Assembly (NCBI GenBank): GCA_965219995.1
Contig: CBDCOX010000002.1
Coordinates: 32,001-96,000, forward strand
Source of the DNA: Candidatus Latescibacterota bacterium
GTDB lineage: Bacteria > Latescibacterota > UBA2968 > GCA-2709665
Direction of reading: 5' to 3'
DNA length: 64,000 bases
Of the stretch, positions 1 to 10,200 are shown piece by piece (position 1 is the first letter of the stretch; each line of letters opens with the position of its first letter). Position numbers and translations under genes: made by a program. Under the pieces are notes generated by a model. The model ran no database searches and was not told where the DNA came from. It saw nothing but the letters and a program-made list of their open reading frames with translations.

Positions 1-1
1 C

Positions 2-124
2 GCGCTGAAGGCGCACGGCCACCAGTATCCCTGCGCGCTTGTCGAGGAGGACCGGCTGATCGTGGCCTACTCGGTCAACAAAGAGCACATGGAACTGCTC
101 ACGGTGGATCCTGGAGAATTGTAA
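2..124 (+). CDS. 3' end of a gene truncated by the window, possibly exo-alpha-sialidase/BNR-repeat protein
   Basis: Manual translation ALKAHGHQYPCALVEEDRLIVAYSVNKEHMELLTVDPGEL*; the QYP..LIVAYS.NKE tail resembles BNR/sialidase-like propellers. Confidence 0.4.
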   Translation, partial: ALKAHGHQYPCALVEEDRLIVAYSVNKEHMELLTVDPGEL

Positions 125-138
125 GGCAGCCGCATCGG

Positions 139-540
139 TCAATCGGACAGCCGGAACCGGATGGGCATCGTCATCTTTACTGCGACGGGCCGGTCGTTCT
201 GCACGGCCGGCTCGAATAGGAATTGCGAAACCGCCTCGACCGCCGCTTTCCTGAAGATATCCGGACCCCGCAGCACCCGCACGTCTCTGACGCTTCCTTC
301 GGCGCCAACCGTGAACGCGACGAAAACGTCTCCTTCCAGCCCCGCCCTCATCGCAACCTCCGGGTAGGCCGACGTCATGCTGCGTGTCAGCACGGGTCTC
401 CGCTCAACGTGCCAGAATTCCAGGACTTCCTCCTCGATGGGCGCCGTCTCACGGCGCGCGGGCGGGACTTGCCCTCCCGGACGTTGTAAAGCATCAAGAA
501 CAGCTGTTAGCCGTCGGATTGAAGCAAAAGCGAGAATCAA
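139..540 (-). CDS. Energy transducer TonB C-terminal domain protein (start uncertain, possibly 5'-degenerate)
   Basis: YPEVAMRAGLEGDVFVAFTVGAEGSVRDVRV...FEPAVQNDRPVAVKMTMPIRFRL is a typical TonB_C pattern; no clear N-terminal membrane anchor. Confidence 0.75.
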   Translation of the reverse strand: MILAFASIRRLTAVLDALQRPGGQVPPARRETAPIEEEVLEFWHVERRPVLTRSMTSAYPEVAMRAGLEGDVFVAFTVGAEGSVRDVRVLRGPDIFRKAAVEAVSQFLFEPAVQNDRPVAVKMTMPIRFRLSD

Positions 541-973
541 AAATCAAATTCAAAACCCCCTTTTCCCCAAATTCCCTGCCTCCGGCGGGTTCCTTTTGAA
601 GCGACCAAAAGGAACCAAAAGTCGCCGCTGGGCGCGGGGCCTGCCACAGGCACAGCGCGAACACCCTCACAGGATGCACAGAACCTGCTGCCCTGACACC
701 CGAGGAGCCACATCGATTCGCGTTGCTGGACGGAATCGCGCGCTCTGCTCTGGTAGCCCTCTTGAAAGGCTATCCATACGTGTATTCATTCGTCTTCTGT
801 GAGGGAGGAGCAGACTGCTGTCAACGAATGGCTTTCAGCCACAAACGAACTCACGTCACCGCTGTCAAGTGGTATGCCCAGAGAGGAATTCACATTGCAT
901 TTAGAATTAATTATTTAATATTTAAAGCCAAAACAACAAAGCTTGACAATCTGTTACCAGACGGCCTGGCGGA

Positions 974-3121
974 TCAGCGACGCGCGGCCGCGGCGAGCCG
1001 GTCTTCGTGGAACGGCCCCGTCTCAAACGTCCTCGCAACGACGTCCAGCTGGCGCAGGTAGGGTTCCTTCCTTCGATTCGGGCCGTAAACCCCGATATCC
1101 AGAAAGTATAGCCTGTCCTTCTCCGCGTCTACCAGAACGTAGCTTCTGAAGGGTCCGCCTTTCCAGTTACGATTGTTCTGCCAAATGCCTTCCAGGTACA
1201 CCGCCAGCCGGCTCCCCAACTCCCGCTGATTCACCTTCAGGCCTGTCCGGTCGACGACGTCGTTCTCAAAGAAACGGGCGGCAATCTCGTTCCGCTTCCG
1301 GATGCACCACGCCTCCGTCAGCCGGTCCGGAGGCACGCCTTCCTCGCGGTAGACAAACAACCACTGTGTCACGCGCGCGTGGGTTCGGGTGAACACGACA
1401 AACCCGCTATCGGCATGGGTATCGATCAGATTGAACCCGAAGGGTATTCGCAACCGCCATCCGAACCGGCCCGCCAGTTCCGATGCGAGCGCTTCTCTCT
1501 CGCCAAAACGGAAGAGGTTCCCGGCGACCCGTTCATCGCGCTTCCCGTCGATAGCGCTGAAAATCCGATCGGCCTCCGTCATCATATTGGCTCTCAGCGC
1601 ATCGCGGTCTTCACCCGTAACCAGAACCACAACCTGGTCGTCAGCCCAGACGTCCCGCCGGATGACGAAAGGCGCTGTTCCGTTCCGCATGGCATCTCTG
1701 TGCGCCTGAGGCACGAGGGAGCGCACCAGCCCGGCCGCTTCGTGGACACCGTCCAGCGGCGCCGCGATCACGATATTCTTGCGTCGCAGTTTTTTGAATT
1801 CTTCGGGACGAACGAACAGGACATGATAGAGACGCTCCTTTCTTGGCGTCAGGATTTCCCTCTCCATAACCTCCAGGAACGGTTTCTGAAACGTCCGGGC
1901 GTCCATGGAATCCGCAATGACCGTGACCAGATCGACCCGTCCGGAACCGGGAGGCAGTCTATCCAGCCGCAGATACGCAAGCAGCCGGTCCCTGAACGCC
2001 GCCAGCTTCACGAACGCTTCGGAACGGCCCGGAACCTCGACCACGGGGCCCACGCGTCCGCACTGCACCAGCACCGCCAGAATCAAGCCCGAAGCCAGCA
2101 ACAGACCTGAGCGGGATAGGCGATGTTCGGCGCCGCGTCTGCCGTTCAGCAACCGTGTGACCCGACGAACGACGTGCTTCCGGTCTCCTCCTGCGCCGAA
2201 GCCCATCGTCGAACCGAGCGGCGACGCCATCATCTCCGTCAGGCGCGTCAGGCAGGCCGCATAACTTCTGGCTCCTCCTTTAATGCCCACCACCACGTCG
2301 TCACAAGCGACCTCCCGATCCAGGTCCATCTGTCGAGCAATCCACCAAACGGCCGGATGGAAGAACAGAACACACCCCGCCACCGCCTGAAAGAGTCTGG
2401 TCCAGTCGTCAAGACGGTGCAGGTGCGCCAGTTCATGCAGGACCACCTGATCGAATTCCGCCTCCGTCAGGCGCTCCAGCGTGGACTCGGGGATCAGAAT
2501 CACGGGTCTGAGGAGACCCGTCGCCGCGGGAGACTGCACGTGTGCCGAACTGCACAGGCGCACCCATCGCCGGGACTCGCAGGAGCGGATCAGGCGGCGT
2601 AATCTGTCCTGATATCGGGCGGGAAGGGGCTCTGCGCTCCGCTTGAGGCGCCGGAGGAGACGGAACCCCCGAACGAGTCTGGCCGAGAATGCCAACGCGA
2701 CCAGCACCCAGACCGCGAAGACGACCGGTGGCCACCACGCGGGAGGTTCCGGCGCAAACGCCAGCCCCGAGCGATCCCTGTGGGTCGGTCGATCAGCGCC
2801 TGGCGACGATTCAGAGGCGGCTACATCGATCGGCCTGCGCGAGCCGGGTTTTCCGTGAACGTCCGTTTCCGCAGCCTGAAACCACATCCGTGCGGCGGCC
2901 GCACGATCGGGCGGGCTCCAGACCCCGGACCAGGTCAGCCCGAATACCACGATCAGCGTGGCCGTCCAGATAACGTACCGGGTCCGGGCGTTCAGCCACC
3001 GGGCCAGGTTCAGCAGGCACGCGACCGCAAGCGTGATGGCCAGGCCCTTCCAGAGACCATCGAGCATGGAGGACACCGTCACGCGGGATACGGCGTCGAA
3101 AACCTCATAGGCCGCCAACAT
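974..3121 (-). CDS. BlaR1-like M56 metallopeptidase fused to a C-terminal DUF4837-like extracytoplasmic domain
   Basis: N-terminal TM helices, HELAH zinc motif, FFHPAVWW..REVACD; C-terminal DVWADDQ..LEGIW..GGPFRSY..VYGP..K pattern of DUF4837. Confidence 0.85.
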   Translation of the reverse strand: MLAAYEVFDAVSRVTVSSMLDGLWKGLAITLAVACLLNLARWLNARTRYVIWTATLIVVFGLTWSGVWSPPDRAAAARMWFQAAETDVHGKPGSRRPIDVAASESSPGADRPTHRDRSGLAFAPEPPAWWPPVVFAVWVLVALAFSARLVRGFRLLRRLKRSAEPLPARYQDRLRRLIRSCESRRWVRLCSSAHVQSPAATGLLRPVILIPESTLERLTEAEFDQVVLHELAHLHRLDDWTRLFQAVAGCVLFFHPAVWWIARQMDLDREVACDDVVVGIKGGARSYAACLTRLTEMMASPLGSTMGFGAGGDRKHVVRRVTRLLNGRRGAEHRLSRSGLLLASGLILAVLVQCGRVGPVVEVPGRSEAFVKLAAFRDRLLAYLRLDRLPPGSGRVDLVTVIADSMDARTFQKPFLEVMEREILTPRKERLYHVLFVRPEEFKKLRRKNIVIAAPLDGVHEAAGLVRSLVPQAHRDAMRNGTAPFVIRRDVWADDQVVVLVTGEDRDALRANMMTEADRIFSAIDGKRDERVAGNLFRFGEREALASELAGRFGWRLRIPFGFNLIDTHADSGFVVFTRTHARVTQWLFVYREEGVPPDRLTEAWCIRKRNEIAARFFENDVVDRTGLKVNQRELGSRLAVYLEGIWQNNRNWKGGPFRSYVLVDAEKDRLYFLDIGVYGPNRRKEPYLRQLDVVARTFETGPFHEDRLAAAARR

Positions 3122-3131
3122 TGACAGTTTC

Positions 3132-3509
3132 CTAACTGCTTTCGTCCATCATTCGTTTCAGACGATCGAGAACGTCCCCGTCGACCGCTTCGTTCTCGAC
3201 GATGTTCAGCATCAGCGCTTCGGGCGAATTGTTGAAAAACCGGCTCATCATGTACCGGACGACGCTCTTTCTGGCTTCCTCGCGGCCGACAACCGGCTGG
3301 TAGACATAGGCCCTGCCTTCCTTTTCGTGGGACACGTAGCCCTTCCGTTCGAGAATCCTGAGCGTTGTCAGCACCGTGCTGTAAGCGAGCGGCGCTGTGC
3401 CGGGCAACGCCGCGACAACGTCGTTGACGGTGGCCGTTTCCTTCTTCCACAGCACGTCCATCAGTCTGAGTTCGGCTTCGGTAAGCGTGGGTGACTTGGG
3501 CCTTGCCAT
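3132..3509 (-). CDS. BlaI/MecI/CopY family transcriptional repressor
   Basis: LTEAELRLMDVLW..YSTVLTTLRILERKGYV..GRAYVY; immediately upstream of the M56 gene; ATG at 3509 preferred over the longer ORF start. Confidence 0.92.
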   Translation of the reverse strand: MARPKSPTLTEAELRLMDVLWKKETATVNDVVAALPGTAPLAYSTVLTTLRILERKGYVSHEKEGRAYVYQPVVGREEARKSVVRYMMSRFFNNSPEALMLNIVENEAVDGDVLDRLKRMMDESS

Positions 3510-3697
3510 GCGTTGTGCTCCTATAAATGACCATCCGAAATGCACGACATCTTGTTGCGCCGTTCGCCGGTCTCGTCATCGGGAGACGATGATCGGCCCG
3601 TTTCAGTCTGAAAACGGGGGCCCGCGACCGGAACGACTCCGCAGTTCGCGCGGGATGGATCGCGTAACGGCGGGGTGCGATTAATTCCTTAATATAA

Positions 3698-3725
3698 ATT
3701 ATACCGAATTTTAATCGTTTGTCAA
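3698..3725 (-). promoter_or_regulatory. Putative sigma70 promoter for blaI-blaR1
   Basis: Minus-strand TTGACA (3725-3720), 16 nt spacer, TATAAT (3703-3698) in an AT-rich intergenic region. Confidence 0.6.
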
Positions 3726-3849
3726 TTAAAAAATTAATAATTCGTCCGGGGAACGGCCCGGCCATGGTGTTCCGATCAACGGCAGTCACACCGGTGGCAT
3801 CCATGGAGTCTTGCCGGCCGCGGAATTCTCAATATACTGCGGAATTTTC

Positions 3850-3891
3850 TTGACATCAGCCTCGTGGATGAGTAAATTAAAACGTACGTTT
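3850..3891 (+). promoter_or_regulatory. Putative sigma70 promoter plus palindromic TetR operator
   Basis: TTGACA 3850-3855, 17 nt spacer, TAAATT 3873-3878, then perfect palindrome AAACGTACGTTT 3880-3891 upstream of the tetR gene. Confidence 0.65.
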
Positions 3892-3937
3892 AAATCATAC
3901 GTTTGTTTTAATCTCTCCATTAAATCCCCGAATCAGC

Positions 3938-4582
3938 ATGAACCAGACTGATACGCACAACCGGTTGCTCGACGCTGCCGAGAATCTGTTTGCGGAACAC
4001 GGAATCGCAGCCACGTCCCTGCGGGCTATCACGTCGGAGGCGACGGCCAACCTGGCGTCAATCCACTATCACTTCGGGTCCAGGGAAGCGCTGGTCGAAG
4101 CCGTCTTCGCCCGGCGGCTCGAACCGCTCAACCGGGAGCGGTGCCGTCTTCTCGACGTGGAAGAAGCCGCCGCCGACGGCTCGCCTCCCGTCGAAGCCAT
4201 CGTTTACGCCTTCGTCGCGCCCGTGATGCGGCTCGCGCACGATCCCGACGGCGGCGGCGAGCATTTCATGTGTCTCATGGGGAGGCTGTACTCGGAACCC
4301 GGAGACCTGGCGTACAGAATCATCCAGCAATTCGAGGAGGTCTTCCTTCGATTTACGTCGGCGCTGTCCCGAAGCCTGCCCCACCTGTCCCGGGCCGATC
4401 TGCTGTGGAGGTTCTTTTTCATGGTCGGCAGCATGAGCATGCCGCTGATGGGCAGGCACATCATCCCGCGCAGGACCGACGGGCTGTGCGATCCGTCCGA
4501 CATCGAGAACAACATCAAACGCCTCGTGGCGTTTCTCTCGGCAGGCCTCCGGGCCGCCGCGCCGAATGGAGACACAACTTGA
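3938..4582 (+). CDS. TetR/AcrR family transcriptional regulator
   Basis: LLDAAENLFAEHGIAATSLRAIT..ANLASIHYHFGSREAL HTH. Confidence 0.95.
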   Translation: MNQTDTHNRLLDAAENLFAEHGIAATSLRAITSEATANLASIHYHFGSREALVEAVFARRLEPLNRERCRLLDVEEAAADGSPPVEAIVYAFVAPVMRLAHDPDGGGEHFMCLMGRLYSEPGDLAYRIIQQFEEVFLRFTSALSRSLPHLSRADLLWRFFFMVGSMSMPLMGRHIIPRRTDGLCDPSDIENNIKRLVAFLSAGLRAAAPNGDTT

Positions 4583-6021
4583 GAACCGTTCTGCCCGTTA
4601 TCTGCCTGCTGCTGGCGGCCTGCGCCGCGGCGCCGCGGGTGAACCCGCCGGACGTCGACGTGACGCTTCCGGATGCCTGGTCCGCGGGACCCGCCGGGAC
4701 GGCGGCGGCGGACACGCTGTGGTGGCGTGCATTCAATGACGAGACCCTTTCCGGCCTGGTTGCAGACGCGCTCGCGAGAAACCACAACCTCCAGGCCTCC
4801 GCCGCCAGGGTACGCGCCGCCGCGGCTCGCGCGAGGATCGCGGGGGCCCCTCTCTATCCCGATGCCGGAGGCCGCGCCAGCGGGTCCCGGCGGAAACAGA
4901 ACTTCATCGGTCTGCCCATCCCCGGATCCGGAAACGGCGTCCTGACGTCCACTTCGAGCAGCTTCGGCCTTTCGCTCGACGTTTCCTGGGAGCTCGATCT
5001 CTGGAACCGTCTGGGAGCCGGCGCGTCAGCGGCGCTGGCCGACGTGCAGGCCGCGCGCGCGGACCACAACGGCGCGAGACTCTCGCTTTCCGGGCAGACC
5101 GTCAAGGCCTGGTTCGCCGCGGTGGAGGCGCACAGGCAGGTCGAACTCTCGGAAGCCACGGTTGAGAATTTCAGGACGTCCAGCGAGGTCGTGCGGGAAC
5201 GGTACCGGCGTGGCCTGAGGCATGCACTGGACCTCCGCCGCGCGCTTTCGAGCCTTGCCGGGGCCGAAGCCGTACTCCAGCAACACCGGCTGGTATTCGG
5301 CGCAACCTGCCGCCAGCTGGAAGTACTCCTGGGCAGGTATCCCGCCGCCGCCCTGAGGCCGGGCGTAACCCTGCCGGAACTCCCGGAGGCGATTCCCGCC
5401 GGCCTGCCCGCCGACCTCGTGGCGCGGCGGCCGGACCTCGTCGCGGCGGAACGCAGACTGGCCGCATCCTACGCCCGGTACACGCAGGCCAGGCGGGCGC
5501 TCTATCCGCGCATCAGCCTGACGGGCTCCGCCGGCACGTCCACCAGGGACCTCGAGAATCTGCTCGACGGCGACTTCAGTGTCTGGAACCTGGCCGGAAA
5601 CATCCTGCAACCCCTCTTCCAGGGCGGGCGAATTCGCGGCGGCATCCAGTTGGCCGCCTCACAATCCGAGCAGGCCGTTTCCGCGTACGTTCAGAGCGTC
5701 CTGTCGGCTTATGCCGAAGTCGAAACAGCACTCGCGGCAGAGACGCTCCTGGCGAAGAGACAGGCGGCACTGGAAACCGCAACCGAGCAGGCCCTCGCCG
5801 CGCGCCGTCTCGCCGAAGACCGTTACGCCGGCGGGCTCGCGGACCTGAACACCATGCTCGATGCCCAGCGCGGGGCCTACGCGTCCGAGAGCCAGCTGAT
5901 CGCCGTACGCCGGCAGCGCCTGGAGAACCGGGTCAACCTGCACCTCGCGCTCGGCGGGGGCTTCGGGGATGCCCGGAGGATGGTTTCCACGACGCCTACA
6001 ACGCAAACGGAAGGACTGTAG
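4579..6021 (+). CDS. RND efflux outer membrane factor lipoprotein (OprM/NodT family)
   Basis: Lipobox LAAC after a TTG overlapping the tetR stop; WELDLW, RRPDLVAAERRL, LHLALGGG motifs. Confidence 0.93.
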   Translation: MRTVLPVICLLLAACAAAPRVNPPDVDVTLPDAWSAGPAGTAAADTLWWRAFNDETLSGLVADALARNHNLQASAARVRAAAARARIAGAPLYPDAGGRASGSRRKQNFIGLPIPGSGNGVLTSTSSSFGLSLDVSWELDLWNRLGAGASAALADVQAARADHNGARLSLSGQTVKAWFAAVEAHRQVELSEATVENFRTSSEVVRERYRRGLRHALDLRRALSSLAGAEAVLQQHRLVFGATCRQLEVLLGRYPAAALRPGVTLPELPEAIPAGLPADLVARRPDLVAAERRLAASYARYTQARRALYPRISLTGSAGTSTRDLENLLDGDFSVWNLAGNILQPLFQGGRIRGGIQLAASQSEQAVSAYVQSVLSAYAEVETALAAETLLAKRQAALETATEQALAARRLAEDRYAGGLADLNTMLDAQRGAYASESQLIAVRRQRLENRVNLHLALGGGFGDARRMVSTTPTTQTEGL

Positions 6022-6024
6022 AAC

Positions 6025-7296
6025 ATGAGTATCAAGCCTTTGCAAAGCAGGCATCCGGACAAGCCGCGTCTCTTCGCGCGTATCTGGCGCTGGATTCGTC
6101 GGCATCCGAAGGCGCTGCTCCCGCCGGCGGTGATTGCGTTCGGAGGTCTTTGCGCGTTCGTCCTGATCGCCACACGGTCCGACGTCGTGGTGGCGCCTCC
6201 GGAAACACCGCCGCCTCTGGTACGGGCGATGCCCGTCGAAATCCAGGATGTACAACTCGCACTGCAAGCCCAGGGCACCGTTGCGCCGCGTACCAAGACC
6301 AGTCTGGTGTCGCAGGTTGCCGGCCAGATCATCTCGGTCTCTCCCGCGTTTGCCAACGGAGGCTTCTTCAGAGCAGGCGACGTTCTGCTCGCCGTCGATC
6401 CGCGCGACTACGAACTCGCGGTGGATCGCGCCCGGGCCGTGGTCGCGCAGGCCGAGGTACGGTTGGCGCGGGAAGAGGAAGAAGCCGACCTGGCCAGGCA
6501 GGAATGGCAGCGCCTGGGCAACGGCGAAGCCACCGACCTGGCCCTTCGGAAGCCTCAGCTGGCCGACGCCCGGGCCGCCCTCCAGGCCGCGCGGGCATCC
6601 CAGGAGCAGGCCCGGCTCGCACTCGAGCGAACCCGCATCCGGGCGCCCTACGAAGGGCGGGTGCTGTCCAAGATCGTGGACCTGGGGCAGTACGTCAATC
6701 CCGGTGCGCCCGTCGCCCGCATCTATGCCGTGGACTACGCCGAGATCCGCCTGCCCGTGCCGCACGAGCAACTCGCGTATCTGGACCTGGTCTACAACGC
6801 TCGCAGCGAACTCGCGCCGGCCTCCCGCCCGAAAGCCCTGGTTCATGCGGATTTCGCCGGGGCGCCGCACACATGGAGCGGCGAAATCGTCCGCATCGAA
6901 GGGGAGATTGACGCCCGCACGCGCATGGTCAATCTGGTCGCGCGGGTCGACGCGCCATACGACCGGGGCGATGACAAGGGCCGCGCTCCCCTGTTCGCCG
7001 GGCTGTTTGTCGAGGTGGAAGTCCTCGGGCGCGTCGCCAGGGACATCGCGGTGATTCCCCGCACGGCCCTGAGGGGCGCCAACCAGGTCCTTGTGATCGA
7101 CGACGACGATCGTCTGCGTTTTCGTCAGGTCGATCTGTTGAGGCTCGAAGCGGAGAACGCCCTCATCCGGTCCGGCCTCGACGGAGGAGAACGGGTCTGC
7201 ATCTCCACGCTGGATGCCGTTGTGGAGGGCATGCAGGTACGCATCATCACCCCGGAGAACGATGCCGCGATCCGGACTGAGGGAGGCGCCGGATGA
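6025..7296 (+). CDS. RND efflux periplasmic adaptor (MFP)
   Basis: QVAGQI..GDVLL..LERTRIRAPYEGRV..GQYV lipoyl/hairpin pattern; operon context. Confidence 0.93.
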   Translation: MSIKPLQSRHPDKPRLFARIWRWIRRHPKALLPPAVIAFGGLCAFVLIATRSDVVVAPPETPPPLVRAMPVEIQDVQLALQAQGTVAPRTKTSLVSQVAGQIISVSPAFANGGFFRAGDVLLAVDPRDYELAVDRARAVVAQAEVRLAREEEEADLARQEWQRLGNGEATDLALRKPQLADARAALQAARASQEQARLALERTRIRAPYEGRVLSKIVDLGQYVNPGAPVARIYAVDYAEIRLPVPHEQLAYLDLVYNARSELAPASRPKALVHADFAGAPHTWSGEIVRIEGEIDARTRMVNLVARVDAPYDRGDDKGRAPLFAGLFVEVEVLGRVARDIAVIPRTALRGANQVLVIDDDDRLRFRQVDLLRLEAENALIRSGLDGGERVCISTLDAVVEGMQVRIITPENDAAIRTEGGAG

Positions 7297-10200
7297 ATCG
7301 CGCAATCGCCTGGTTCGCCGAAAACAGCGTCGCGGCCAATCTACTCATGGTCGTTATCCTGGCCAGCGGACTGATCACGATCGGCGGCATCGAACTCGAG
7401 ATCTTTCCCGAGTTCTCCGCGGACGTCGTAACGGTGTCCGTTGTCTATCGCGGGGCGGCGCCCGAGGAGGTGGAAGAGGGCGTCTGCGTGCGGATCGAGG
7501 AAGCCGTTCAGAGCATCGAAGGCATCGAACGCATCCGTTCGACGGCCTCCGAAAACCGGGGCAGCGTGAATATCGAGCTCATGCCGGGTACCGACGCACG
7601 AAGAGTCCTCGAGGACGTCAAGTCCGCCGTCGACGCCATTGACACGTTTCCGGACGAAACCGAACAGCCCCTCATCCAGGAAGTGGTCATGCGTCGCCAG
7701 GTGGTCAATGTGGCGGTCTCGGGCGACGCCGACGAGGCCACCCTCAAATACCTGGGTGAACAGGTCCGGGACGAGATTACCGCCATTCCGGGAATTACCC
7801 AGGCGGAACTGAGCGGCGCGCGTCCGTACGAGGTTTCCATCGAAGTCTCTGAAGGCGCGTTGCGGCGATTCAACCTTACGTTCGACGAAGTCGTGAGGGC
7901 GGTGCGCCGCTCCTCCCTGGATCTGCCAGGCGGCGCCATCAAGACGGACGGCGGCGAAATCCTGCTGCGGACAAAAGGGCAGGCCTACCGGGGCACGGCT
8001 TTCGAGAACATCGTACTGCGAACCCGCCCCGACGGCGCCGCACTCACCGTGGGGGACGTGGCCACGGTCGTGGACGGATTCGCCGACGCGGACATATCGG
8101 GACGGTTCGACCTGGAACCGGGCGTGATGGTGCAGGTGTTCCGGGTGGGCGACCAGGACGCGCTTGACATCTCCCGCAAAGTCAAGGAGTACATCAAATC
8201 GGCGGAATCCCGCATGCCCGAGGGCATTTCACTGACCATCTACGCGGATTTCTCCAGGATTCTCGAAGGCCGCCTGAACCTGATGCTGAAGAACGGCCGT
8301 GGGGGTTTCATCCTCGTCCTCGTCATCCTCGCGCTGTTCCTGAGACTTCGTCTGGCCTTCTGGATCGCGCTCGGAATCCCGATCTCCTTCCTGGGCGCCA
8401 TCGCGTTGATGCCGACCGTCGGCGCGTCCATCAATCTGATCTCGCTGTTTGCGTTCATCGTCGTACTCGGTATCGTCGTCGACGACGCCATTGTCGTCGG
8501 CGAAAACATCTACCGGCGGTTCCAGCAGGGCGAGCGGGGCCTTCGGGGCGCCATCGCCGGCGCCCAGGAAGTGGCCGTGCCGGTCACCTTCGCGGTGTTG
8601 ACGTCCATCGCCGCGTTTTCGCCCCTGCTGATGGTCCCCGGCGCGTCCGGAAAGATCATGAGGCTGATCCCGGAGATCGTCATCCTCACTCTGATATTCT
8701 CGCTCGTCGAATCCCTGTTCATCCTGCCGGCCCACCTGGCGCACGCCAGGCTCCGCGAAAGAAAGAAAACAACCAGCCGTATCGGTGGGACCTTGAGACG
8801 GTTTCGAGACGGCTTTTCGTCCCGCCTGGACTGGATCATCCACCAGCTCTACCGGCCGTTTCTCGAACGATGCCTGGAGTGGCGGTACCTGAGCGCGTCC
8901 GTGGGGGTGGCCGCGCTGACCCTGACGGCCGGCCTCATTCTCGGGGGCTGGATCGGCTTCGTGTTTCTGCCGCAGGTACCGGCCGACAACGTGGCGGCGA
9001 TTCTGACCATGCCTCAGGGTACGCCCGCCGAGGCGACCGCGCGGGTCGTGCGCAAGCTGGAGGCGTCCGCGATCCGGCTGCAGCGGGAACTCGAATCGGA
9101 AACCGACGAGAAAATCTTCACGCACATGCTCGCGCTGGTCGGAGACCAGCCTCTCCGCGCGGCCCAGCGTGACAACCGCGGCCGGAACGCCTCCTACTCC
9201 GGCGCCCACCTCGGTGAAGTCAACATCGAACTCACGCCGGCCGAGGAGCGGAGCGTCAGCAGCATCGAGATCGCGCGGCGATGGCGCAAGCTTGCCGGCC
9301 CCATACCCGACGCGACGGAACTGACGTTCACCTCTTCTCTCTTTTCCGTGGGCGAACCCATCAATATCCAGCTTACCGGGCCGGACTACGGCGAACTACG
9401 GGCCGCCGCCGAGAAACTCAAAATGAGGCTGGCCGAGTATCCGGGTGTGCTGGACATCGCCGATTCGTTTCGCCCTGGAAAAAAGGAAGTGAAACTTGCC
9501 CTGACCGAAGAAGCCCGCCTGCTTGGCCTGACCATGGCGGACATGGCCCGGCAGGTCCGACAGGCGTTCTACGGCGAGGAGGCGCAGCGCATCCAGCGGG
9601 GCAGGGACGACGTTCGGGTGATGGTCCGCTATCCCGAGAGCGAACGGCGGTCGATGAACAACCTGGAGAGCATGCGTTTACGCACCCCGGAAGGCGTCGA
9701 AGTGCCCTTTTCCGTCGCCGCGCGGACGGAACTGGGGCGGGGTTACGCCGCCATCCGCCGCACGGACCGGCAGCGCATCGTCAGCGTCACCGCGGACGTC
9801 GACGAGGGCACGACCAACGCCAACGTGGTCCTGGCGGACGTCACCGCAAGGGTGCTGCCGGCAATCGTCGCGGACCACCCCCGCGTCCGGTTCAGTCTGG
9901 AAGGCGAACAGAGGGAGCAGCAGGAGTCCATGGCGGGTCTTACGAGGAGTTTCGGCATGGCCCTGTTCGTCATCTTCGGCCTGCTCGCGATTCCCTTCCG
10001 CTCCTACCTTCAGCCGCTCATCATCATGGCCGTGATCCCCTTCGGATTCGTCGGCGCCGTGATCGGGCACATCATCATGGGCCTCGACCTCACGATTCTA
10101 TCGATCTTCGGCCTGGTCGCGCTGTCAGGCGTGGTCATCAACGACAGCCTGGTGATGGTGGACTTCATCAACCGCCGGCGCAAGGAGGGCAACGACCTGC

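Noticed and set aside
4141-4578. N-terminal extension of the outer membrane factor ORF
   Set aside because: It overlaps tetR out of frame; the signal peptide and lipobox begin at the TTG at 4579.
5659-7305. 548-aa antisense ORF, and similar ones at 20455-21918, 25506-26723, 27699-28973, 43095-44378 and 60381-61520
   Set aside because: Shadow ORFs opposite well-supported genes, as expected in high-GC DNA.
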